Assembly: GCA_963753595.1 (NCBI GenBank)
Contig: CAVWCX010000022.1
Coordinates: 11,821-75,820, forward strand
Reading direction: 5' to 3'
Source: Candidatus Methanoperedenaceae archaeon
GTDB lineage: Archaea; Halobacteriota; Methanosarcinia; Methanosarcinales; Methanoperedenaceae
DNA length: 64,000 nucleotides
In this document: positions 1 to 9,994 of the stretch, piece by piece
Layout of the letters: the number at the start of each line of letters is the position of its first letter
Numbering within the stretch: the first letter of the stretch is position 1
Notes under the pieces: model-generated
Database searches by the model: none
What the model was told of the DNA's origin: nothing
Seen by the model: only the letters and a program-made list of their open reading frames with translations
Position numbers and translations under genes: made by a program

Positions 1-468
1 TACAACAGCTATTGTTAATGCCCCGGCATCACGCGCAATTTCTGCAACAACAGGGGCTGAGCCAGTACCTGTTCCGCCGCCAAGTCCGCATGTTATGAAA
101 ACAAGATCTGCATTCTCCACAGCTTTTTCAATCGCAGCTTTTGATTCCTGGGCAGCATCCTGCCCTATCTGGGGCAGGCTTCCCGCGCCAAGCCCTCTGG
201 TCCTGTTTCTCCCGATAAGGATCTTCTTTTTAACCTGGATATTTAATAAATGCTGGGCATCTGTATTGATAGCATACAGCTCCGCCCCAAGTATTCCCTC
301 GTCAGAAATCCTCTGGATAGTGTTCGAGCCTGAACCTCCGCATCCAATGACAACAATATTTGTCTTTAATTCCTTTAATATTTCCAGAAGTTCCTTGTCT
401 GTATCCCCAATTACTGGCATTGGGGATTCACCTGCCCTTGATATTGCTTCTTTAATTATTGATTCCAT
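1..468 (-). CDS. ftsZ: Cell division protein FtsZ (5' part; runs off window start)
   Basis: Manual translation of the minus strand from ATG 468: MESIIKEAISRAGE...IVVIGCGGSGSNTIQR...GLGGGTGTGS (tubulin/FtsZ signature). Not in the supplied ORF track. Confidence 0.95.
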   Translation of the reverse strand, partial: MESIIKEAISRAGESPMPVIGDTDKELLEILKELKTNIVVIGCGGSGSNTIQRISDEGILGAELYAINTDAQHLLNIQVKKKILIGRNRTRGLGAGSLPQIGQDAAQESKAAIEKAVENADLVFITCGLGGGTGTGSAPVVAEIARDAGALTIAVV

Positions 469-487
469 GCTTCTTCTCCATCGTTTA

Positions 488-1879
488 TTAATTCAATTTA
501 ATGGCTCTTTTATTTGTTTCATATACCATCTCTGGATTTATAGTTTTTCCGCCTATTATCACGGATTCACCCCGGGCCAGCCGCCCATAAAGCGCAATGT
601 CCACAATCCCGAGTGATTTTGCAAGTTCCGGACTAAACTTCCTGTCAGATATTTGCAGTATTCCTTTATCCAGACTGACATCATAATGTTTACTTATAAT
701 TTCAACACATTTATCCCTTAATTCTTCCGCAGCCAGCCTGGCACATGAATCATCAATCCCGATAAGGATATGAGCAAATCTCCCATCTTCATATTCGATA
801 TAGGCTATATTATGGTCACAGAGGAAAGCCTTAAGACCATTCTTATCAAGTTTTTCCGCTTCGGATAAAAGCGCGGGATTGATCCTTGCGATCCTGACCT
901 TTGGGCAGATACATGTCTGGCAGGAGGATAACGCACATTTTATCCCGTCTGTGATCACAGGTTTCCCGGAAGGACATATCTCCTTGACCCTTTTTCGAAG
1001 CTGCACGCAAAATTCCCAGGGCACTCCATCCATTTCCCTGATGTCGCTTTCCTTTAACACTTCAAACCCGATGTTTTCTATCATCTTACCCAGCTTCTCA
1101 CGCTGCTCCCCCTTCATGGATTTTCGGTCAAAATATGCAAAATCAGCTCCACTTCTCACAAAAGCCTGGCTTATCATGGCCTCATCCATTTCATCGAGGG
1201 AATGTGAGGGAAAAATGTGACCGAAAGTGACATCCGTAGAAAGGATCATGGAAGTTTGTCTTGGCGCATAATGCGTACCCCCAAAACCCACAGCAACGGG
1301 TGAATCACTATCCTTAAAGAGAAGTATGGCTTCTGCGACTATCCGCCCTGCCACTTCATCAACCCATTGAGCTTCGCTGCTTCCTATTTCTATAAAAACA
1401 GACGGAACATCAAGGTCACTTGGACCATGGTGCGTACATTCAAGTGTAACTTCATAATCTTCATTTCCAGCAAGCATTTTCAGTGAGCGAAGCAACGACC
1501 TGACAGCTTGCGGGGCAGAGACTGAAAGTTTCCTGGGAGTTCCTCCGAATTTTGCTTCATTAACATTACCCGTAGAATGGACAGTAAGAATAGCGCGTAA
1601 ATCTTTGCTTCTGTGTTTGGAAGCAAATATCATAAGGGATGCAGGATAACCCAACCCGGATAACCTTTTATCCAGGCCATCCTGGAAAATCAGGGATTCT
1701 CCTATTTCCACTATCCTGAAATCCTTATACTCAAAAACATGGATATTTTCTTCCTGGCTGACAGGAGTCCATTTTCGAAGAGATAGAATGCAGTTCTTGA
1801 TATTCTGGCTTGCCCTGTCCTGAGTTGAACAGACAATCGTAGCTTTTACTTCACCTATCAAAACACAGCCTTCTGCCAC
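488..1879 (-). CDS. dtdA: Archaeal D-aminoacyl-tRNA deacylase (DTD2/GEK1 type) with C-terminal extension
   Basis: FASKHRS, LTVHSTGN, ECTHHGPS, FIEIGS, GFGGTHYAPR motifs; adjacent to ftsZ. Confidence 0.9.
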   Translation of the reverse strand: MAEGCVLIGEVKATIVCSTQDRASQNIKNCILSLRKWTPVSQEENIHVFEYKDFRIVEIGESLIFQDGLDKRLSGLGYPASLMIFASKHRSKDLRAILTVHSTGNVNEAKFGGTPRKLSVSAPQAVRSLLRSLKMLAGNEDYEVTLECTHHGPSDLDVPSVFIEIGSSEAQWVDEVAGRIVAEAILLFKDSDSPVAVGFGGTHYAPRQTSMILSTDVTFGHIFPSHSLDEMDEAMISQAFVRSGADFAYFDRKSMKGEQREKLGKMIENIGFEVLKESDIREMDGVPWEFCVQLRKRVKEICPSGKPVITDGIKCALSSCQTCICPKVRIARINPALLSEAEKLDKNGLKAFLCDHNIAYIEYEDGRFAHILIGIDDSCARLAAEELRDKCVEIISKHYDVSLDKGILQISDRKFSPELAKSLGIVDIALYGRLARGESVIIGGKTINPEMVYETNKRAIKLN

Positions 1880-1896
1880 TCTAATATAATAAAAAA

Positions 1897-2199
1897 TTAA
1901 TCAAAGTCGCTGCCAGTGATCATCTTCTTATCTACTATAGCATAATCCTTGGCGGCCCTTACTGCTTCGAAAGGTATCAATACATAATTATTTTGTTTCT
2001 TATATTTTGATATATCTACATTGTTCGTTGGCTTCACGACAAGATAAAGCAAAGCTCCGCCCTGCATGTCCATTACAACATCGGTAGCAAATCCAAGCTC
2101 TGACCCGTCAGTAAGCATCACTCTCTTATTAGCTAAATTTTTTGCAAGTATTTTTGCCATAGTAATCCCTTCATGAACCTTTCCCAATAATGGGTTCAT
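1897..2199 (-). CDS. PRC-barrel domain protein (likely start ATG 2160)
   Basis: LANKRVMLTDGSELG...DVVMD...IPFEAVRAAKDYAIV pattern. Confidence 0.8.
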   Translation of the reverse strand: MNPLLGKVHEGITMAKILAKNLANKRVMLTDGSELGFATDVVMDMQGGALLYLVVKPTNNVDISKYKKQNNYVLIPFEAVRAAKDYAIVDKKMITGSDFD

Positions 2200-2213
2200 C
2201 TAATATGCTTTTC

Positions 2214-4445
2214 TCACCTGTAACCTATATAAGACTTCTGTTCCTGTTTCGTCCCGCCTTTAAATTGTTCCTGAAGCTTCTGATAATATTCCACCATATC
2301 TTCAGCAAGAGCAGGCCTCACTTTCTTAAGAGCGTCACGGAAATGTTTCATTTCCACGATATCGGTATCGAAATTCTCCCTGAGGGCAAGCATTACCGCT
2401 TCCCTGCACAGGGATTCAATATCAGATCCCACATAATTTTCTGTGAGATCCGCAAGTTCTTCAATATCCACGTCATCGGAAAGATGACCATTTTTAAGGT
2501 TTTTAAGATGGATATTGAATATATCGATCCTTCCAGCCCTTCCAGGGGGCCCTATAAAGACAAGCCTGTCAAACCTGCCGGAACGTATCAGGGCAGGGTC
2601 TATTATTTCAGGCCTGTTGGTCGCGGCAATAACTACAACATTCTTTAATACTTCTATTCCATCAAGTTCGGTGAGTAACTGGTTTATGACTCTTTCTGAT
2701 GTCTTTGAACCATACTCAGTGCCGCGGATAGGGGCGATAGCATCAAGTTCATCAAGGAAGATTATTGCCGGTGAAACCTGGCGCGCTTTCTTAAATACCT
2801 CGCGGATGGCTTTCTCGGATTCTCCTACCCATTTGGATAGAAGCTGCGGACCCCGTACACTTATGAAATTAGCAGAACTTTCATTGGCGACTGCTTTTGC
2901 AAGAAGCGTTTTTCCAGTCCCGGGAGGACCATACAGGAGTATTCCCCTTGGCGGGCGGATGCTCATTTTCTGGAATCTTTCCGGGAATTTTAATGGCCAT
3001 TCCACTGCTTCTTTTATCTCCTGCTTTGCATCATCAAGACCCCCGACATCATCCCAGACAACATCAGGCACTTCTATCATTACTTCTCTCATTGCCGAGG
3101 GTTCGACTTCTTTTAATGCATCTTCAAAATCGTTTGCTGTCACCTGCATGCTTTCCAGGATCTTACGGGGAACGATCTCTTCAAGTTTTATCTGGGGGAG
3201 GTATCTTCTTAGCGCTTTCATGGCTGCTTCCTTGGCAAGCGCCGAAATATCCGCACCTACGAACCCATGCGTCCTGTTCGAGATGTATTCAATGTTCACT
3301 TCCTCAGAAAGCGGCATGCCTCTTGTATGGATCTGGAAAATCTCGATCCTGTCAAGCCTGTCCGGAACTCCGATCTCTATCTCACGATCAAACCTGCCTG
3401 GTCGGCGAAGCGCCGGGTCAATAGCATCAATACGGTTAGTTGCACCGATCACAACCACCTGGCCTCTTTCTTCCAGGCCATCCATCATTGTCAGGAGCTG
3501 TGCGACCACGCGCCGCTCAACTTCACCCGTTACTTCTTCCCTTTTCGGGGCAATGGAATCCAGTTCATCAATGAATATAATGGAAGGAGCAGCTTTGTTT
3601 GCCTGCTCGAAAACCTCGCGAAGCCGCTGCTCGCTCTCCCCGTAATATTTGCTCATGATCTCAGGGCCAGCAATAGAAAAGAAATTGGCTCCGGATTCAT
3701 TTGCAACTGCTCTTGCTATCAGGGTTTTTCCAGTTCCAGGGGGGCCGTGCATCAAAACACCCTTGGGCGGCTCTATTCCCAATCGTTCAAATACTTCCGG
3801 GTGTTTCATGGGAAGTTCTATCATCTCACGCAGGCGCTGGATCTCATCACCCAGGCCCCCGATGTCTTCATAAGTGATCCCTGTCCCGGTTACATCAAGA
3901 ACAACAGGTTTCTCCCTGAGTGTTATTTCAGTCTTGTCGGTAATTAATATGATACCTTCGGGCTCAGCTTCAATAGCGATAAGAGGGATCGCCTGTCCGG
4001 TAACTACCCGGCCCAGGAATGGGTGTGCCATCGTACTCATTACAGGAATTATATCCCCTTTGGTTATGGGGCGTTTCATTATCTGGCGTTTTACCATTTC
4101 TTCAGCATCCCCGCCAAATTGTATGGAAGTTCCTTCCGGCGGCGCAAGAACTACCTTTTGCGCAGGCTGGACATTTGCTTTTCTCAGTTTGATGGTATCA
4201 CCGATGCCAACCCCCGCATTCTGCCGGATGAAACCGTCTATACGAATGATATTTTCTTCCCAGTCATTCCGGTCAGCACGCCAGACTTTTGCAGCCGTGG
4301 ATTTTTTCCCTTCGATCTCGATTATGTCACCGGGTATCAGCTGCAAGACCATCAGTGTATGCGGATCAAGCCGCGCTATTCCTCTTCCGGAATCATTCGG
4401 ATATGCCTTTGCAACCGTGAGTTGTTTTCCATCTTTTTCGTTCAT
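2214..4445 (-). CDS. cdc48: CDC48/VCP family AAA+ ATPase
   Basis: N-domain plus two AAA modules (GPPGTGKT twice; RRPGRFDR and RSGRFDR). Confidence 0.97.
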   Translation of the reverse strand: MNEKDGKQLTVAKAYPNDSGRGIARLDPHTLMVLQLIPGDIIEIEGKKSTAAKVWRADRNDWEENIIRIDGFIRQNAGVGIGDTIKLRKANVQPAQKVVLAPPEGTSIQFGGDAEEMVKRQIMKRPITKGDIIPVMSTMAHPFLGRVVTGQAIPLIAIEAEPEGIILITDKTEITLREKPVVLDVTGTGITYEDIGGLGDEIQRLREMIELPMKHPEVFERLGIEPPKGVLMHGPPGTGKTLIARAVANESGANFFSIAGPEIMSKYYGESEQRLREVFEQANKAAPSIIFIDELDSIAPKREEVTGEVERRVVAQLLTMMDGLEERGQVVVIGATNRIDAIDPALRRPGRFDREIEIGVPDRLDRIEIFQIHTRGMPLSEEVNIEYISNRTHGFVGADISALAKEAAMKALRRYLPQIKLEEIVPRKILESMQVTANDFEDALKEVEPSAMREVMIEVPDVVWDDVGGLDDAKQEIKEAVEWPLKFPERFQKMSIRPPRGILLYGPPGTGKTLLAKAVANESSANFISVRGPQLLSKWVGESEKAIREVFKKARQVSPAIIFLDELDAIAPIRGTEYGSKTSERVINQLLTELDGIEVLKNVVVIAATNRPEIIDPALIRSGRFDRLVFIGPPGRAGRIDIFNIHLKNLKNGHLSDDVDIEELADLTENYVGSDIESLCREAVMLALRENFDTDIVEMKHFRDALKKVRPALAEDMVEYYQKLQEQFKGGTKQEQKSYIGYR

Positions 4446-4575
4446 TTTTATATCCCCTCAGATATATTTACTTCTCTGATATTTTTTTGTTATTTTATAT
4501 CAGGATATCTAATTGTATCACATGGATAAAAATATATGCCAGAGGTTTTAAGGATTCTAAAGGAATTGTGCAGTT

Positions 4576-4597
4576 AGCATTTACCTGGTTAAATGCT
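4576..4597. other. Hairpin (AGCATTTA-CCTGGT-TAAATGCT) just past the trailer repeat of the mini-array
   Basis: Perfect 8-bp inverted repeat. Confidence 0.5.
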
Positions 4598-4605
4598 CTT
4601 ACTAT

Positions 4606-4745
4606 TTTTGGATTTCTCCAAGGGGTGATTATAACCAATAACAGCGCGCACGGTCAGATATGCGTTTCCCATGTTTCAATCCCTCTAAGGGGTGATTTTA
4701 ACACAAGCAGCGGAAAATAAAAAACTTCTTGATATTCATGTTTCA
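4606..4745 (-). CRISPR. Orphan CRISPR mini-array: 1 full 30-bp repeat, 1 degenerate repeat, 1 repeat stub, 2 spacers of 37 nt
   Basis: Full repeat 4673-4702 GTTTCAATCCCTCTAAGGGGTGATTTTAAC (minus strand ends in ATTGAAAC). Degenerate copy 4606-4635 is 23/30 identical. Stub GTTTCA at 4740. Spacers 4636-4672 and 4703-4739 are both exactly 37 nt. Confidence 0.85.
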
Positions 4746-4763
4746 TTTCAATATCGTTATTCA

Positions 4764-5204
4764 TCACTTCCCCTCCCCCGCCCTCATCTTCTTCGCCTCC
4801 CTCAACACCTCTTCAAACCGATCCAGAAACTCAGGCGGCATCCCCTGGCTTATCATAAGGAGCAGGATCGAAACTGCGCCCCTGTTGTAGAACTCCTTCG
4901 CGAGGGCTTCATAATTAATTTTTTCCATGCCGATCTCCTGCACCTGTTTCCAATCCTCTTCATAAGTAAGATCCAGCAACCTGTGAGCGACCTTTTCACA
5001 TCGGGGAATATGCTTCGAAATGTCTTCAGGCGTCATCTTCAGCTCTTCAGGAGAATAGCCCTTTTCCAGTAATTCCATACACCTGTCACAGGTCAGCATA
5101 CCATTTTTGGGCTTCGGGCAGTCCATATCAATTCCGCAAATGGAGCAGCAAGTGTTTGACTTTCGTGTATTCTTTATTTTTCCACCTCGTTTCTCCGCCT
5201 TCAT
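4764..5204 (-). CDS. Hypothetical protein with N-terminal Cys4 zinc-finger-like motif
   Basis: CSICGIDMDC...CDRC followed by a helical charged C-terminus; ends 18 nt before the array stub. Confidence 0.7.
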   Translation of the reverse strand: MKAEKRGGKIKNTRKSNTCCSICGIDMDCPKPKNGMLTCDRCMELLEKGYSPEELKMTPEDISKHIPRCEKVAHRLLDLTYEEDWKQVQEIGMEKINYEALAKEFYNRGAVSILLLMISQGMPPEFLDRFEEVLREAKKMRAGEGK

Positions 5205-5250
5205 AGACTCTTTGAATTATCTATGAGATTATAAATCTTTTTAGAGCGGA

Positions 5251-5694
5251 GTGAAACTAATTTATTTTATCGAAAACTATAAGATAGTCGGTTTTTTAAA
5301 CAAGTTCGATCAAAAAGGAATCAGATGGCAGAACTCACACAGGAAGATAATCGAAATCCATGACGAGATCATACAAAAATATGGCGGGACAAATGGGGTA
5401 TTAAGTGAAGCTACACTGGAAATGCTCGTCTATAAAGTGAATCGTGAGCATGATGTGTTAAGACAATCATCTATGGTTCTGCACAAGATAACGTCCCAAC
5501 ACCCTTTTTTTGATGGAAATAAAAGAACAGCCCTGGTGACGGCTGAAAAAATGCTTTATGATGAAGGATATTACATCCATGCAGAAACTGAAGAAAAAGT
5601 TAATTTGGTGATAAAAATAGCAGAATATAAGTGTACTGTAAAAACAATAGAAAAATGGGTCAAAGAATCAATCAGAGAACTACATCCGGGCTAA
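5251..5694 (+). CDS. Fic/Doc family toxin (Doc type); probable true start ATG 5325 is out of frame, so possibly frameshifted
   Basis: HPFFDGNKRTA motif; IIEIHDEIIQKYGG is a typical Doc N-terminus. Confidence 0.85.
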   Translation: MKLIYFIENYKIVGFLNKFDQKGIRWQNSHRKIIEIHDEIIQKYGGTNGVLSEATLEMLVYKVNREHDVLRQSSMVLHKITSQHPFFDGNKRTALVTAEKMLYDEGYYIHAETEEKVNLVIKIAEYKCTVKTIEKWVKESIRELHPG

Positions 5695-5811
5695 TATCTT
5701 GAGAGCTTTATCGTTCTTTTGCATTATTTCCAATACTTCTTCTTTTTCTTTGGATGATAGCCCCTCTTCTTTTCTTACAACTGTCTTGGGCTGTTTTGCT
5801 TGATATCTCAT
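5680..5811 (-). CDS. 43-aa peptide, putative Doc antitoxin-like
   Basis: MRYQAKQPKTVVRKEEGLSSKEKEEVLEIMQKNDKALKILARM; convergent with the Doc ORF and overlaps it by 15 nt. Confidence 0.5.
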   Translation of the reverse strand: MRYQAKQPKTVVRKEEGLSSKEKEEVLEIMQKNDKALKILARM

Positions 5812-6079
5812 GTAAACATCAATTAGTTTTATTCTATATAAACAATGCTTCAATATTTAAATCTCCTGTGTGATAATGATCAAGACTTTTTACCTGGCAT
5901 AAATCTTTATCGGCTATTATTGAGTTTGAGTAATTCAATTTCAAGAGCTTGAATAATCCCTTTCAATCTATTTATATGCCAGACCCGGGCGCTTCCCAGC
6001 CTTCTTATTCCCGTGCTTTAAGCTCGTGCTTTGCCTGAGCAATTATATACCATAATCACCATACAAGGACTGAACAATT

Positions 6080-6988
6080 ATGGTATATGATGTAGTTATA
6101 ATCGGCGGCGGGCCTGCGGGTCTCACTGCGGGAATTTATGTAAAGCGCGCTATGCTGGATGCTGTCCTTCTTGAAAAAATGGGGGTCGGAGGACAGATAA
6201 TCGTCACTGACATGGTTGAGAACTTCCCGGGTTTCCTTGAGATATCGGGTGCTGACCTCGCAGCGAAATTCCAATCACAGGCACGCAAATTCGGGCTTGA
6301 AATGAAAAGCATGATCGAAGTTGATGCGATCGAGGATAAAGGAAATACCAAGATCATTAAAACAACAGACGGCGACATCGAAACTAAATCAGTTATAATT
6401 GCCTCAGGCACAACGCCAAAAAAGCTGGGGGCAAAAGGGGAGATTGAATTCACAGGCAGGGGGGTTTCCTATTGTGCTACATGTGACGGCTTTTTCTTCA
6501 GGGACAAGGTTGTCGTTGTGATAGGGGGAGGAGATTCCGCGATCACTGAAGCTATTTTTCTCACAAAGATGGCAAAAAAAGTAATTGTCGTGCACAGGCG
6601 GGACGAGCTGCGTGCTGAAAAGATAAACCAGGAGCATGCTTTTTCTAATCCAAAGATCAGTTTTGTATGGGATTCGGTACTTGAAGAAATTATGGGAAAA
6701 ACCATTGTCGAGAAAGTAATTTTAAGGAACCTGAAAACAAATGCTGCCTCCGAAGTAAAAACAGACGGGGTATTCATATATGTAGGTTTGATCCCAAATA
6801 CAAAATTTGCAGATGTAAAAAAGGATGAATGGGGATTTATTATCGCAAATGACAAAATGGAAACTTCGGTCAAAGGTATATTTGTTGCGGGAGATTGCAG
6901 GGTCACACCCCTTCGACAGATAGCAACAGCAGTAGGTGATGGGGCGATAGCTGCGGTATCTGCAGAAAGATATCTTGAAGGATTATAA
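6080..6988 (+). CDS. trxB: Thioredoxin-disulfide reductase
   Basis: GGGPAGLTA, CATCDG, GGGDSA, GIFVAGD motifs. Confidence 0.95.
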   Translation: MVYDVVIIGGGPAGLTAGIYVKRAMLDAVLLEKMGVGGQIIVTDMVENFPGFLEISGADLAAKFQSQARKFGLEMKSMIEVDAIEDKGNTKIIKTTDGDIETKSVIIASGTTPKKLGAKGEIEFTGRGVSYCATCDGFFFRDKVVVVIGGGDSAITEAIFLTKMAKKVIVVHRRDELRAEKINQEHAFSNPKISFVWDSVLEEIMGKTIVEKVILRNLKTNAASEVKTDGVFIYVGLIPNTKFADVKKDEWGFIIANDKMETSVKGIFVAGDCRVTPLRQIATAVGDGAIAAVSAERYLEGL

Positions 6989-7484
6989 CAGAAAATTAAC
7001 AGGAGAGTGGGGCAATTTGAGCCAAAAAGATTTTCAAAAGCTGGATGATTACATATCCCCGCAAGAAAGGGAGCATTTACTCAACGGTTTGCACAGATAT
7101 CTTATATGGGTAGGAGAAAAAGTACCAGATGAAGTAGAGGTTAATGGAGAAAATATTAAACTTCATGAATTGATATGGCGTTGCATACATAAAAAGGAGA
7201 TTTCGGAAGACGAAAAAGGCCGTTTACTGGAACTTGTAAATCTTCTTGAAACTAAAGCAAAGGCCGATGAAGAGATCCTTGTAAGAGATGAACTAACAAA
7301 AGAAGAGGCAAAAAGATTATACAGCGAGATCGCAAGTTTCATGCGCGCAATTATGGATCTAAAGGAATGTGAAGAGGGTAAGATAAAGTTAATAGAGCCA
7401 AGTGATGACATCAAACAAAAAGTCGATGATGCACGGCGATGGATAGGGTTTTTGAAAAACGTGGGTAAGAAAACCCCCCTATAA
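6975..7484 (+). CDS. Conserved helical hypothetical protein
   Basis: Long ORF overlapping the trxB end; no catalytic motif recognised. Confidence 0.65.
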   Translation: MKDYNRKLTGEWGNLSQKDFQKLDDYISPQEREHLLNGLHRYLIWVGEKVPDEVEVNGENIKLHELIWRCIHKKEISEDEKGRLLELVNLLETKAKADEEILVRDELTKEEAKRLYSEIASFMRAIMDLKECEEGKIKLIEPSDDIKQKVDDARRWIGFLKNVGKKTPL

Positions 7485-7913
7485 CATGAGCTTCATCAGG
7501 CAGGCATTCTGGGCATCATTATAATATTTTTCAGCTATCCCGAACTGGAAAAACCCATGCCTCTCATAGAATCGTTTCGCTTTAATATTATCCATCCTGA
7601 CCTCAAGGATTATTTCAATGACCCCTCTCTCCCGAAAAATGTTAATTATTTCTTTTAACAGGTTGCTACCAACCCTCCTGTTTTGATATTTAGGGTCGAC
7701 AGCAAGTGAAAATATACGCCCTACTCCAAAATCTGCCAGAAATCCTGCTACATAACCTACAACAAAACCATTAATATCAGCTACAATAAAAGTATCGGGG
7801 TATGTCTCATAGAACTGCATGTAAATATAAGGGTCATGCTCATTAAAAACCTTCCTTTCGATGTCGATGACCCACTGAAAATCAGAAGGCTGGAATGTTC
7901 GTATGATTATCAA
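7479..7913 (-). CDS. rimI: RimI-like GNAT N-acetyltransferase
   Basis: SLAVDPKYQNRRVGSNLL, LEVRMDN, FYERHGF, YYND. Confidence 0.85.
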   Translation of the reverse strand: MIIIRTFQPSDFQWVIDIERKVFNEHDPYIYMQFYETYPDTFIVADINGFVVGYVAGFLADFGVGRIFSLAVDPKYQNRRVGSNLLKEIINIFRERGVIEIILEVRMDNIKAKRFYERHGFFQFGIAEKYYNDAQNACLMKLML

Positions 7914-8092
7914 TTTTTCTCCAATTCTCCAATAATATATGACCTGGTATTGGTCTGCATGTTAAATTATGCAGTCCCGAATGTTTTGGCCTTATATAAA
8001 TTCGTTTTGTTTAAATTCTTCCATGTTTATTGTAAGAGCATTGATATATACCGGGGATATAATAAAATAAAAAGTGGCAGGTAAAGTAAAAT

Positions 8093-9259
8093 ATGGAAAA
8101 ACTGAATGAAAATAGTAATATTTCCAAAGTGTCGCTTGTAAGGTGCCAGACCTATGATAATTCAAGTGTGGATGCCGCGGTTGAAAAAGCGCTGGAGCTT
8201 ATTGGCGGAATTAAAAGCTATGTAAAACCAGGCGATTGCGTCCTTTTGAAAATAAATCTCCTGACAGGTGATGTTCCTGAAAAGGCAGTTACCACACATC
8301 CTGCTTTAGTCCGGGCCATGATACGCCAGGTCAAAGCAGCCGGAGGAATCCCGCAGGTTGGCGACTGCAGCGGCTATGAGGGGGGGCCAAATTATAAAAG
8401 ATACATTACAGCCTGCAGTAATGCCGGCATTGTGAAGGTATGCGAGGAAGAAGGAGCCAGGATCCTGCACCTCAGTGCAGAGTCTATCGAGGTAAAAAAT
8501 CCAGGCGGCCGGATGTTCAAGAGCTTCATCTTATCAAAGCAGGTCCAGGAAGCCGATGTGCTGATCTCCCTGCCAAAACTCAAGACCCATGGGCTGACAT
8601 TATTTACCGGAGGGGTGAAAAATAATTTCGGCTGTGTAACAGGTCTCAATAAAGCAAAAATGCATCTTCGAGCCCAGGACCCGGAAACATTTTCCCAGAT
8701 GCTTGTGGATCTCCTTGGGATTGTGCGGCCTGAATTGACCGTAATGGATGCAGTTGTTGGTATGGAGGGGAACGGACCAAGCAACGGCACGCCAAGACAG
8801 GTCAATGCAATTCTTGCAAGTTGTGACCCTGTGGCGCTTGATGCAGTGGCCTGCAAGATGATCGGTATAGACCCGTTCATAGTACCTTCCACCCGCCTGG
8901 CACACGAACAGGGCATGGGAACTGGAGATATTTCCCATATCGATGTACTGGGAGAAGATCTGGAGAACATGCGAATTGAGGACTTCAAGTTTCCTTCCGG
9001 TACTGCATCATTTTTCCGCGCCAGGGGTTTGATGCGCTTCATTCGCGGAATGCTCGTGGCAAAACCTGAACTTGTAAGAAAACAATGCAAAAAATGCTGG
9101 ATATGCATAGAACACTGCCCAACAGGTGCTTTATCAAAAAAAGAAGACTATCCTTCATTTGATTATAAGAAATGTATACGTTGCTACTGCTGCCAGGAAC
9201 TGTGTCCGGGTAATGCCATCGAATTGAAGACTCCATTTCTGGGCAGGTTTGTGAAATAA
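8093..9259 (+). CDS. DUF362 domain protein with C-terminal 2x[4Fe-4S] ferredoxin domain
   Basis: TTHP, PKLKTH, GMEGNGP; CKKCWICIEHCP and CIRCYCCQELCP. Confidence 0.9.
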   Translation: MEKLNENSNISKVSLVRCQTYDNSSVDAAVEKALELIGGIKSYVKPGDCVLLKINLLTGDVPEKAVTTHPALVRAMIRQVKAAGGIPQVGDCSGYEGGPNYKRYITACSNAGIVKVCEEEGARILHLSAESIEVKNPGGRMFKSFILSKQVQEADVLISLPKLKTHGLTLFTGGVKNNFGCVTGLNKAKMHLRAQDPETFSQMLVDLLGIVRPELTVMDAVVGMEGNGPSNGTPRQVNAILASCDPVALDAVACKMIGIDPFIVPSTRLAHEQGMGTGDISHIDVLGEDLENMRIEDFKFPSGTASFFRARGLMRFIRGMLVAKPELVRKQCKKCWICIEHCPTGALSKKEDYPSFDYKKCIRCYCCQELCPGNAIELKTPFLGRFVK

Positions 9260-9449
9260 TGAAATATGAGTGAGCGCTTTCAGCGATCTTTTATTGCACA
9301 TCATGTAAGAAAAATTCATGAATGAAAGGCAATAGGACAGAATGTATACACTGCGGCTCTACTAAAATAAAGCCAGGGACAAAAAAAAAAGAAAAAATGA
9401 GATCGCCGGGCAGGTAAAATCGATCCTCTTTTAGTCCAATTATTTGATT

Positions 9450-9605
9450 TTAGTCGTATTGTGCACCAGTTGGCTGTTCTGCCGAGCGTGATCTCAATTT
9501 TGCATAGAAGTCTTTCTGTCTCTGTTTCTCTGCATCATCTTCTTTTGCAACCTTGACCTTTTGGGCCTTTTCTGCATTTTCCATTGAGCTTTCTAAGCCG
9601 ACCAT
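9450..9605 (-). CDS. Small charged protein (51 aa)
   Basis: MVGLESSMENAEKAQKVKVAKEDDAEKQRQKDFYAKLRSRSAEQPTGAQYD; strong SD GGAGGTGA upstream and a T-tract downstream. Confidence 0.6.
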   Translation of the reverse strand: MVGLESSMENAEKAQKVKVAKEDDAEKQRQKDFYAKLRSRSAEQPTGAQYD

Positions 9606-9994
9606 TTTTTGTCACCTCCTTTTTTCTTTTATTATTTTTTTTTATTTTCCCAATCAAGCAGATACCTCTTGATTCCTGGAAAAATAAACATTCATCAATT
9701 AATCTTCTTTTCTAATCTTCATTCTGAAATTCCATACAAGCCGGGTCGCCTGCTCTCTCTGATCCAGAGAGGATTCTCAAACGCATTATAAACATCATCC
9801 GGCATTGCTACCAAAGTCACACCTCATATTGTCATCGTTTTTCATGATATAAAAATGTTTCACCCCGAAAGTGAACTACGCTCATTTCGTCGAACTTGTC
9901 AAGTTTCTAAACGTAAATAAGACGAGTAATTAGTGGCAGGAGAAACAGTGGATTATTGCGCAGACTGTAATCTTTCAACGAGAGTGAAAGGATC

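Noticed and set aside
95-4529. Long plus-strand ORFs such as 95-616, 2515-3645 and 3874-4479 (similarly 28563-29630, 8392-9108, 52213-52887)
   Set aside because: These are antisense shadows of well-supported genes.
4703-4739. Self-targeting of spacer 2: partial matches near 5800-5811, 55817, 61135-61148 and 61681
   Set aside because: Only about 11-12 matching nucleotides in AT-rich DNA, some needing a gap, and no consistent PAM. This is expected by chance. No convincing protospacer for either spacer was seen in the window.
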